NCBI GenBank assembly: GCA_045807605.1
Contig: JBJMGZ010000279.1
Span: forward strand, 1 to 32,860
Reading direction: 5' to 3'
Source: Thermoanaerobaculia bacterium
GTDB lineage: Bacteria; Acidobacteriota; Thermoanaerobaculia; Multivoradales; UBA5704
Length of the DNA: 32,860 bases
Shown here: positions 14,643 through 23,165 of the stretch, piece by piece
Numbering within the stretch: the stretch's first letter is position 1
How the letters are laid out: each line of letters starts with the position of its first letter
The notes under the pieces: model-generated
Told to the model about the DNA's origin: nothing
Seen by the model: the letters and a program-made list of their open reading frames with translations, nothing else
The model's database searches: none
Position numbers and translations under genes: made by a program

Positions 14643-16916
14643 TCAGTCCGCGAGCTTGCAGGTCTTGGCGAGCCGCACGAGGAGCTTTTCCTGCGCCTCG
14701 GGATCGGCGGGGTTCGGCGTCAGGAGGAGGATGGCCCGCTGCGGCGCGGCGAGCTCCAGCGAGCCGGTCACCCCGGCCTGCGCCGCCCAGTTCTGCAGCT
14801 GCTCGGGCCGGGCCGAGACCAGCGCCCAGCGGTACAGGCGCCCGGGGGTGCGCCGGTACCCGTACCCGTAATGGTCCGCTGTACAGGGCAGCGCGAGGAT
14901 GCTCTCGTGGCTCAGGAAGTTGATCGGATAGGCCGTCCAGTAGCCGCCGACCACGGCCGTGACGCCGCGTTGCCGGAGGAGCTCCACGAGCCGGTCGTCG
15001 CGCCGCGCTCCTTCGCGCCAGGCCTCCCGCGAAGCCCGCCCGGGCCAGTGGTAGGCCGTGAGGTTGAAGACGAGGACCATGCCGGCGAGCAGCACGGCCA
15101 GGACGCGGCTCCGCGCCGCCACCAGCGACAGGAGCACCGCGAGCATCGCCGGCACCACGAGGTAGAGCGGCAGCACGTAGCGCACCGAGACCCCCCTCAC
15201 CTGGCCGGCCTGCGAGAGGATGTTGAGCGCCGCATAGGCCACGGTCACCAGGACGAGCAGGAGCCAGGCGGGGAGGTCCTCCCTGCGGCGCACCGCGCGG
15301 CCCGCCCGGCCGGGCAGCGCGGGCGCGGCGAGGAACAGCAGGGCCGCCGCCGCGAAGAGGAGCTGGACGGGCAGCCGCAGGAGCCGGTGCAGGTCCGCCG
15401 CGGGATCGGCCAGGAACTGCGTCCAGGCCTCGTTCACCGGCGTGACGATCTCCGGCAGGCTGTAGGTGACGAAGTAGCGGGCGTTGGCAGCGATGGCTGC
15501 CATCCCCTGGGCCGGCTGGGCCGCGAAGTTGCCCTGGATCGCGTCGAGGGGCCGGACCACGTTGAAGGCGAGCCAGGGAAACGCCCCCACGACGAAACCG
15601 GCCAGCCCCAGCACCCACGGCCTGGCTTGGCGCCGCAGGTCGGGCCGGTTCCACAGCAGCCACGCCAGGGCCGCGGCGAGCGCTCCCAGGGTCTGGAACG
15701 ACTGCCACAGGCCGAGCCCGGCGACGAACCCGAAGAGGACGGCCCCGGCCGGGCTCGGACCCCGCCGCTTCAGCCGCGCGGCCAGCCAGAGGAGGGTGGC
15801 GCACAGGAAGAGGACGGCCGGGTAGCCGTTCGGCATGTAGCTCCAAGAGAGGAACGAAGGGGAGGGCAGGGCCAGGAAGGCCAGGGCCGTCAGCGCCACC
15901 CCCGGCGGGAAGAGCTCACGGTAGAGGCCGTACGCGGCAAGGAGCAGCAGGAGGGCGAAGATCAGCGGCACCGCGGCCAGCGAGGTGCGGGAGGCGCCCG
16001 CGACCAGGAAGACCGCGGCGGCGGCATGGGGCTCGATCGAGCCGAGGCGGGTCCCCGAGAAGAAGACTGGAGCCTCGCCGTGCAGCACGTGGAAGGCCTG
16101 CATCCCGGTCAAGAGGGAGTCCGCGTCCGCCATGTACTTGTGGACGGGATAGGTCACCGCCGTGCGCACGGCCATGCCGGCCAGGAGCAGGCCGAGGACC
16201 GCCAGGGTACGGGCGTCGAACCGCGCGCTCAGCAGGGCGAGATAGCTCAGGCTGGTGCGCCAGAAGTCCATCTTGGACCTGCCCTGGCGGCGGAAGATGA
16301 AATGGATGGGCTCCTCGGTGACCCGCAAGCCCAGGACGTGGGCGCGGATCAGCATCTCGGGCAGGAAGGCGAAGCCGCTGCGCCGGAAGTCGATGCGGCG
16401 CAGAGCCTCGGCGCGGTAGAGGCGGAACCCCGAGGTCTTGTCCTTCACGCTCACGCCGTAGAGGAAGCGCATCAGCACGTTGATCGACCCGGACAGCGCC
16501 TTCTTCCACAGCGGCGAGCCCTCGACCTCGCTGGCCTTCAGGAACCGCGATCCCACCAGGATGTCGGCGCCCGTTTGCCGCAGGCGCTCCAGCAGGCGCG
16601 GGATCTCCTCGGGCTGGTGGTTGAGGTCGGCGTCCAGGGTGACGACGAAATCGGCGTCCGCGGGCACCGCGTCGAAGCCGCGCCGGAACGCGGCTCCCAG
16701 GCCGGACGGCTCCGGGTTGTAGAGGATGCGGATGCCGGGGCTCTCGCGGGCCAGCCCTTCCAGGATCTCCCGGGTCCGGTCGCGGCCCTCGACCACGAAC
16801 AGCAGCTCGGCCTCGACTCCCTCCATCCCCAGGAACGTGGCCAGGAGGCGGCGGGTCAGGACCTCGATGGTCTCCTCCTCGTCGTAGGCGGCGACCACGG
16901 CGACGAGCCGGGTCAC
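14643..16916 (-). CDS. Fusion of Dpm1-like GT2 (polyprenyl-phosphate sugar synthase type) and GT-C-like membrane glycosyltransferase domain
   Basis: The GTG start at 16916 overlaps the upstream stop (GTGA). The N-terminus, 'VAVVAAYDEEETI...LDADLNHQPEEIP...VGSRF...DKTSGFRLYR...RQGRSKM', closely follows the Dpm1 pattern. It is followed by about 12 TM helices with 'YMADADSL' after the first, and by a soluble tail. The track ORF upstream to 17624 is shadow over the methyltransferase gene. Confidence 0.8.
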   Translation of the reverse strand: MTRLVAVVAAYDEEETIEVLTRRLLATFLGMEGVEAELLFVVEGRDRTREILEGLARESPGIRILYNPEPSGLGAAFRRGFDAVPADADFVVTLDADLNHQPEEIPRLLERLRQTGADILVGSRFLKASEVEGSPLWKKALSGSINVLMRFLYGVSVKDKTSGFRLYRAEALRRIDFRRSGFAFLPEMLIRAHVLGLRVTEEPIHFIFRRQGRSKMDFWRTSLSYLALLSARFDARTLAVLGLLLAGMAVRTAVTYPVHKYMADADSLLTGMQAFHVLHGEAPVFFSGTRLGSIEPHAAAAVFLVAGASRTSLAAVPLIFALLLLLAAYGLYRELFPPGVALTALAFLALPSPSFLSWSYMPNGYPAVLFLCATLLWLAARLKRRGPSPAGAVLFGFVAGLGLWQSFQTLGALAAALAWLLWNRPDLRRQARPWVLGLAGFVVGAFPWLAFNVVRPLDAIQGNFAAQPAQGMAAIAANARYFVTYSLPEIVTPVNEAWTQFLADPAADLHRLLRLPVQLLFAAAALLFLAAPALPGRAGRAVRRREDLPAWLLLVLVTVAYAALNILSQAGQVRGVSVRYVLPLYLVVPAMLAVLLSLVAARSRVLAVLLAGMVLVFNLTAYHWPGRASREAWREGARRDDRLVELLRQRGVTAVVGGYWTAYPINFLSHESILALPCTADHYGYGYRRTPGRLYRWALVSARPEQLQNWAAQAGVTGSLELAAPQRAILLLTPNPADPEAQEKLLVRLAKTCKLAD

Positions 16917-17587
16917 GTCGGCAGCTTCCGGCCCACGACGATGAAGTGGATGAAGAGGTCGTGGAGCGAGAAGTGCACCGCGGCCGGCTCGAGGCCGCCG
17001 CCGCGCAGCATCTCCCGGGCGTGCCCGAACGAGCGCAGCCGGTTGACCTCGGCGGGGAAAAACTCGAACGCCCGGCCGGTCAGCCGGGTGCGCGCCTTCT
17101 CGATGGGGCCGAGCACCAGCCGCGACGAGCCCATCTCGGGCGGCCAGAAGAGGAGAGCGGTCCCGCCCGGACGCAGCGCGCGGCCGATCTCGCGCAGGAT
17201 CGCGTGGCCCACCGGCGGCTCGAAATGCTCCATGACGCCCAGGTTCCAGACCCCTGCCAGGGACCCGTCGCGGAACGGCAGGTGGCGGATGTCGCACTGC
17301 ACCAGGGCGCGGTAGGAGGCCCGGCGGGCGTCGAGCAGCGCCTCCAGGGAGAAGTCGAGCCCCACGAGGCGGCGCTCCGCGGACTCGATCCGCTCGGAGG
17401 CCTGGCCCGTGCCGCACCCGGCGTCGGCGAACCAGCCTGCGCGCGGGAAGTAGCGCCCGGTGTAGTGGCGGACGGCCCGGCCGAGCACGAGGCGCCGCAC
17501 GAGCGACGCCAGGGTTCCGAAGAGCGACCGCTCGCCGCGCAACCCGCGCCAGTGGCGGTCCCAGATGTCCAGCTCGCGTGTCTCCAT
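16913..17587 (-). CDS. Class I SAM-dependent methyltransferase
   Basis: Motif I is 'FADAGCGTGQAS', followed by 'LVGLDFS', 'VWNLGVMEHF' and 'LRPGGTALL'. The start is ATG 17587 or the adjacent GTG 17590. The stop overlaps the next gene's GTG start. Confidence 0.85.
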   Translation of the reverse strand: METRELDIWDRHWRGLRGERSLFGTLASLVRRLVLGRAVRHYTGRYFPRAGWFADAGCGTGQASERIESAERRLVGLDFSLEALLDARRASYRALVQCDIRHLPFRDGSLAGVWNLGVMEHFEPPVGHAILREIGRALRPGGTALLFWPPEMGSSRLVLGPIEKARTRLTGRAFEFFPAEVNRLRSFGHAREMLRGGGLEPAAVHFSLHDLFIHFIVVGRKLPT

Positions 17588-17613
17588 CACCGTTCCCTAT
17601 AATATCGAAACAA

Positions 17614-18309
17614 TCATTGCGCACGCGCCGACAGGAGGAGCTGGTACCCGAGCAGCCCCGGCAGCAGGCGGGTGGCCGCCGACAGGGCGAGCGCCAGGGC
17701 GCCGAGCACGGGCTTGGGCAGGCGCGGCAGCAGGAGCGGCAGCGGGATGGTCGACACCGCCCGGCGCTCGACGACGAAGCCGGCCCTCTCCACCATCTCG
17801 CGCAGCGAGCGGGCGGTGAAGAAGTAGCGGTGGGTGCGGTCCAGGATGCCGCGGTCGGCGTAGGGGAAGCGGCCGAACAGCAGGTTGAGCCGCACGTAGA
17901 AGTTGGCCACGTTGGGGACGGACAGCAGCAGCAGCCCTCCCTTCGGCAGCGCCTCCCGGATCATCCGCAGCATGCCGTCCGGATCGGCGAGGTGCTCCAG
18001 CGTGTCGGCGGCCAGCACGGCGCCATAGCCGCGCGGCAGGCGCCCGATCGTCTCGAGGTCCACGATGGCGCCGCCGGAGAGCGTCCCGCGCAGGCCCGGC
18101 AGGCAGTCGAGCGAGCCTTCGAGCCCCACCCAGTCGAGATCGCCGCGCCGCACCAGGAGGGCGACGTGGGCCGGGCCGGGGCCGAGCTCGAGGATCCGGG
18201 TGCCGGCCGGCAATCCCTGGATCCAGCCCGCCAGGAGCCGGTGGCTCGAGCCGCGGAAGTCCTTGAGCACGTAGCGCTCGGCGGGGGAGGCGGGGCGTGG
18301 CGGGGTCAT
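17614..18309 (-). CDS. Class I SAM-dependent methyltransferase
   Basis: The ATG at 18309 overlaps the upstream stop (ATGA). Motifs are 'ILELGPGPAHVA', 'VLAADTLEHLADP' and 'LPKGGLLLLSVPN'. The C-terminal hydrophobic tail is 'IPLPLLLPRLPKPVLGALALAL'. The track ORF extension to 19518 is shadow. Confidence 0.8.
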   Translation of the reverse strand: MTPPRPASPAERYVLKDFRGSSHRLLAGWIQGLPAGTRILELGPGPAHVALLVRRGDLDWVGLEGSLDCLPGLRGTLSGGAIVDLETIGRLPRGYGAVLAADTLEHLADPDGMLRMIREALPKGGLLLLSVPNVANFYVRLNLLFGRFPYADRGILDRTHRYFFTARSLREMVERAGFVVERRAVSTIPLPLLLPRLPKPVLGALALALSAATRLLPGLLGYQLLLSARAQ

Positions 18310-19502
18310 GGCTCCTCTCGTTCGGCAGCGGAGCATACCGCGGCGATCCCGGCCGCCCCAACCTCCAGGGGGACGAGCCGGCCGGCTCCCAGGCGCGGCA
18401 GCCGGTCGCCCACGGCGCCAAGGTCGAACGCCACCACCGGCACGCCCGCGGCCCGGCACTCGTCGAGGATCAGGCTGTAGGACTCGGGCACGATCGAGAG
18501 CAGCAGCGCCAGGTCGACGCGGTCGCGGCGCAGGAGACGCGGCAGGGTGCCGCCGCGGTAGTAGCCGCGCACCCGGACGGGCAGCCGCCGCAGCCGGGCC
18601 AGGATCTCCGGATCGCCCCCGCCGTAGGCGCTCCAGCGCAGCCCCGATCCTGCCAGGAGCCGCACCACCTCCTCGAACACCAGCGCCCCCTTGTGCGCCT
18701 GCACCCCTCCGACCAGGGCGACGTGGCGCACCGGCCGTGCCTCCCGCGAAGGCAGGGGAGGGATTCCCGCGGCCGGCTCCACGATCCGCTGGCGTTCCGG
18801 AGGAAGCCCCGGGAAGAGCTCCGCGCAGGTCCGCCGCAGGAACTCGGACGGGAAGAGGAGGACCGAGGCGCTCGCCAGCAGCTCGGCCGAGATCGCCCGG
18901 CGCTCCGCCTGGTACGCGTCCTCGACCGGCCAGTCCTGGCGCAGGCAGCGCCCGCACCGTTCGAGATCGCGCGAGTACCAGCAGAACCGGAGCTGCGGGC
19001 GCTCCAGGAGGTGAGGGCGGGGGCAGAACGCGGCGAAGTCGTGCAGCGCGAGCCTCAGGTCCAGACCTCCGCGCCCGAGGCGGAGGAGAGAGCCGGGCGG
19101 CAGGCCGGCCAGCCCTTCGACGTGGACGGCCCCCGCCCCGAGGACTCCCGCCGCCGATCGGACCGCATTTTCGAACGCGGCATCCTCCAGGGCGATCGGC
19201 GAGGGGGGAGCTCCGGGGAAGGTCATGGACCTCCCCTGGACCTCCAGCCGCCACCCGGCCGCCTCGGGGTACAGGAGCGCGGTGCCAGGCTCCAGGCGGC
19301 GGAGGAGATGCGCCTGGACTCCGCCCAGCCGGGGGGCCGGAGGCGTCGCCGAGAGGTGGAGGACGGGAACGGGCGCGGGCCGCCAGCCCGGAGGAGCCGG
19401 GGAGAACGACCGTCGCCGCCGCGCTTCGGCGAGCCGGTCGAGCGCCCGGTCGCGGACCGCCAGGAGCCCCTCCGTCCGCAGCACCCGCCAGGCAACCCTC
19501 AT
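18306..19502 (-). CDS. GT-B/GT4-like glycosyltransferase with Cys-rich insertion
   Basis: 398 aa. Its start overlaps the upstream stop (ATGA at 19499-19502). The cysteine pattern 'FCPRPHLL...RFCWYSRDLERCGRC' matches that of the next gene. The C-terminal half, 'VALVGGVQAHKG...SIVPESYSLILDECRAAGVPVVAFDLGA', resembles the GT4 sugar-donor domain. This is the weakest family call among the GTs. Confidence 0.6.
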   Translation of the reverse strand: MRVAWRVLRTEGLLAVRDRALDRLAEARRRRSFSPAPPGWRPAPVPVLHLSATPPAPRLGGVQAHLLRRLEPGTALLYPEAAGWRLEVQGRSMTFPGAPPSPIALEDAAFENAVRSAAGVLGAGAVHVEGLAGLPPGSLLRLGRGGLDLRLALHDFAAFCPRPHLLERPQLRFCWYSRDLERCGRCLRQDWPVEDAYQAERRAISAELLASASVLLFPSEFLRRTCAELFPGLPPERQRIVEPAAGIPPLPSREARPVRHVALVGGVQAHKGALVFEEVVRLLAGSGLRWSAYGGGDPEILARLRRLPVRVRGYYRGGTLPRLLRRDRVDLALLLSIVPESYSLILDECRAAGVPVVAFDLGAVGDRLPRLGAGRLVPLEVGAAGIAAVCSAAEREEP

Positions 19503-21532
19503 CGCAGCACGCGCTCATAGACCGCCTCGATCTCCTCGGCGTGCTCGTCCATCCCCTTGACCCGGGGCAGGGCGGCGGCCCAGCGGTCCAGGATCTCCGG
19601 CTCCGCGATCAGGCGCTCGATCCAGCCGCGCAGCGCCGCCGGGTCTTCCGGATCGAAGAGAGCGCCGTACTCGCCGTCGAACATCTCGGGCAGCGCGCCG
19701 CGGTCGCTCGCCAGCACCGGCACGCCGTGGTGCATGGCCTCGCGGGCGACCAGGCCGAAGGATTCGAGCCCGAGCGAAGGGACGATCAGCGCGTCCATCT
19801 GCGCGAAGATCGCGGGCTTGCGCTCCTCCTCGAACGGCGGATCGCCCCAGACCGTCAGCCTCGCCTTCCCGGGGTCGATCTCCTCGAAGGCGGCGGTTGC
19901 CACGCGGATCCCCTTGTGCGGCAGGCTGGAGCCGATGGCTCCGAAGCGGAGAGGCTTTCCTCTCTCCCTTTGCAGGCGCGGCGTCAGCTCGACGCCGTAG
20001 GGGATCACGAAGACTTCGTCCTTCGGCCGCAGGTAGCCCAGGTCGAGGTAGCTCCGGTGGATGAAGCGGGAGCCCATGACGAAGGCCGCCGCGCTCCTCA
20101 GGGCCTTCTTCATCAGGGCGAAGCGGTAGACGTAGAGCGCCCGGTTGAGGAGAGAGACGCGGGTCAGCGGACGGCAGGCCGCGCATTTGCCCAGGCCCGG
20201 ACCGCTGCACAGGCGGCCCCAGGCGTCGAGCAGGTTCACGCGGGCGCAGGGCTGCCACCAGTCCTGGATCTGGAAGACGATCGGGATCCCCTGCCGCGCC
20301 GCCGCTCCGACCAGGGACGCGGCGTGGCCGGCCAGGTGATGGACGTGGAGGAGCTGCGGGCGGGTCTCGTCGAGCAGGCGCGCGAAGTCCCGCTCCAGCG
20401 CCCGGTCGCGCAGCGCGTTGCGCGACAGCGGGTCGCGTTGGGTGAAGTTGTTCACGGTCAGCCGCACGCGGGCGCCGTGGTCGAGGAACTCGACGACGCT
20501 CCCCTTGACCCGCTCGGGGTCGGCGATGCGCGCGTAGACCGTGACCTCCCGGTGGCGGGCCTGCCTGCGGACGAGCCCGGCGGCATAGAGCTCCGTGCCC
20601 GCGGAGTTCCAGGGCGGCCAGCCATGGACCAGGTGCAGCACCCGCTCGGGGCGGCTTGCAGCGCTCCGCGCCGGAACGATCGCCGAAACAACCCGCTCGC
20701 GCAGGGGGCGGATCGGGTCCTCGCGGACGAACCTGGCCACCGTGGCCAGGTACTCGGGGTGGAGCCGCCGCATGGCGCCGAGGGCGTACCTAACCAGCTC
20801 GGCCCGCCGCGTGCCGAAGCTGCGCTGGCCTTCGTGGAAGATGAAGGTGGCGTCGTCGAGGACGTGGGCATAGCCGGCCTTGAGCGCCCGCATGCAGAAA
20901 TCGGTCTCCTCGCCGTAGCCCTCGCCGAAGCTCCCGGCGTCGAAGAGCCCGATCCCGTCGAGGACCTTCCGCTTGATGTAGAGGCAGAAGCCGACGCCGG
21001 TGGGCAGGCGCGGGTAGGCCCGCAGGGAGCGCTCCTCCACCAGCCGGCCGAGCCGTTCGACATCCCAGCCGGTCGGGAGGGCATTGGTCTCCCCGACCCG
21101 GGGGAGAGAGCAGATCGTGGCGCTGTTCGAGAACGGGGTGACGGTGGCGATCTCCGGCGCCGAGTACGCGGCCTCCTGGAGCTTGGCGACCCAGCGGGAG
21201 GTGACCCGCGTGTCGCTGTTGAGCAGGATGACGTCCCGGTCGTCCGAGACGGACATGCCGAGGTTGACGCTCACCACGAACCCCTGGCGCTCGGGATTGC
21301 TCAGGACCAGGACGCTCTCCGGCGGCCGCGGCATCCCCGGCGGCTGGGGACCGTCGAGCACGACGATCAGCCGGTGTTTCTGCAGGTCGGTGTGGGCGAG
21401 CAGGCTTTCGAGGCAGCGGCCGAAGACCTCCGGCGCTCCGGCCACGGGCACGATCACGTCCACGGGTCCGGGGGGGCGGTCGGGAGGGACCCGCGAAGGG
21501 TCTCCCTGGAGCGGCAGGGGAGCGGCACGCAT
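19499..21532 (-). CDS. Bifunctional GT2 - GT4 glycosyltransferase with Cys-rich insertion
   Basis: ATG at 21532, 677 aa. The N-terminus has 'VDVIVPVAGAPE...VILLNSDTRV...GEETDFCMRA' (GT2). The C-terminus has 'LHLVHGWPPWNSAGTE...HVHHLAGH...PSLGLESFGLVAREAMHHGVPVLASDRGALPE' (GT4). The insertion is 'WWQPCARVNLLDAWGRLCSGPGLGKCAAC'. The track ORF upstream to 23257 is shadow. Confidence 0.85.
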   Translation of the reverse strand: MRAAPLPLQGDPSRVPPDRPPGPVDVIVPVAGAPEVFGRCLESLLAHTDLQKHRLIVVLDGPQPPGMPRPPESVLVLSNPERQGFVVSVNLGMSVSDDRDVILLNSDTRVTSRWVAKLQEAAYSAPEIATVTPFSNSATICSLPRVGETNALPTGWDVERLGRLVEERSLRAYPRLPTGVGFCLYIKRKVLDGIGLFDAGSFGEGYGEETDFCMRALKAGYAHVLDDATFIFHEGQRSFGTRRAELVRYALGAMRRLHPEYLATVARFVREDPIRPLRERVVSAIVPARSAASRPERVLHLVHGWPPWNSAGTELYAAGLVRRQARHREVTVYARIADPERVKGSVVEFLDHGARVRLTVNNFTQRDPLSRNALRDRALERDFARLLDETRPQLLHVHHLAGHAASLVGAAARQGIPIVFQIQDWWQPCARVNLLDAWGRLCSGPGLGKCAACRPLTRVSLLNRALYVYRFALMKKALRSAAAFVMGSRFIHRSYLDLGYLRPKDEVFVIPYGVELTPRLQRERGKPLRFGAIGSSLPHKGIRVATAAFEEIDPGKARLTVWGDPPFEEERKPAIFAQMDALIVPSLGLESFGLVAREAMHHGVPVLASDRGALPEMFDGEYGALFDPEDPAALRGWIERLIAEPEILDRWAAALPRVKGMDEHAEEIEAVYERVLR

Positions 21533-21583
21533 GGGCGGAAGGCACGGTATCACCGTTGTGCTACGATCCGCGCCCGATATCGC

Positions 21584-21595
21584 CATGAAAGCGGC

Positions 21596-21605
<10 letters not shown>
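21584..21605 (+). repeat. 11-bp tandem duplication spanning the start codon, creating a 4-codon upstream mini-ORF
   Basis: The sequence is CATGAAAGCGG CATGAAAGCGA. The first ATG (21585) reads MKAA-stop. Its TGA (21597-21599) overlaps the second ATG (21596), which opens the 482-aa gene starting MKAN. Confidence 0.6.
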
Positions 21606-23044
<1,439 letters not shown>

Positions 23045-23064
23045 ACGGCGGCATGGCTCACACC

Positions 23065-23165
23065 CACGGACGGACACGGACGGACACGGACAGACACGGA
23101 CAAAGGGGACCCGGAGCGCCGTCCCCAGGTCCGTGACCGTCCGTGGGGGTCCGTGTTCGTCCGTG
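23065..23165. repeat. Phased heptamer inverted-repeat element: 4 x CACGGAC and 4 x GTCCGTG, each set at exact 10-bp spacing
   Basis: CACGGAC occurs at 23065, 23075, 23085 and 23095. GTCCGTG occurs at 23129, 23139, 23149 and 23159. The 3-nt spacers differ between arms (GGA/GGA/AGA versus ACC/GGG/TTC). The centre carries GGGGAC (23105-23110) and GTCCCC (23121-23126). The element lies between the stop at 23044 and the start of the next gene, which it overlaps. Confidence 0.9.

Noticed and set aside
10697-17315. Long plus-strand ORFs 10697-13141 (814 aa) and 14871-17315 (814 aa), and minus-strand 12328-13491, 14608-15846 and 10770-11657.
   Set aside because: They have low-complexity Arg/Gly/Ala/Pro/Glu composition. 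They lie opposite or out of frame to the FG-GAP, GT-C and GT2 genes, which have clear repeats, TM helices and motifs.
17591-17613. The AT-rich island CCCTATAATATCGAAACAATCATTG between two methyltransferase genes, as an internal promoter.
   Set aside because: A TATAAT-like hexamer is present on the plus strand, but the genes are on the minus strand. On the minus strand I find no matching -35. It is probably just an intercistronic spacer.
18308-21595. First ~1096 residues of the 1578-aa plus-strand ORF 18308-23044, and the upstream parts of minus ORFs 17614-19518 and 19499-23257.
   Set aside because: Only the segments with enzyme motifs are credible: 21596-23044 (+), 17614-18309 (-) and 19499-21532 (-). 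The remainder is RGPA shadow overlapping motif-bearing genes. The credible starts also give ATGA/GTGA coupling.
23065-23165. Considered whether the phased heptamer array is a miniature CRISPR array or a tRNA/ncRNA gene.
   Set aside because: The repeat unit (7 bp with 3-bp spacers) is far too short for CRISPR. It has no cloverleaf or known ncRNA features. It is kept as a repeat/regulatory finding instead.
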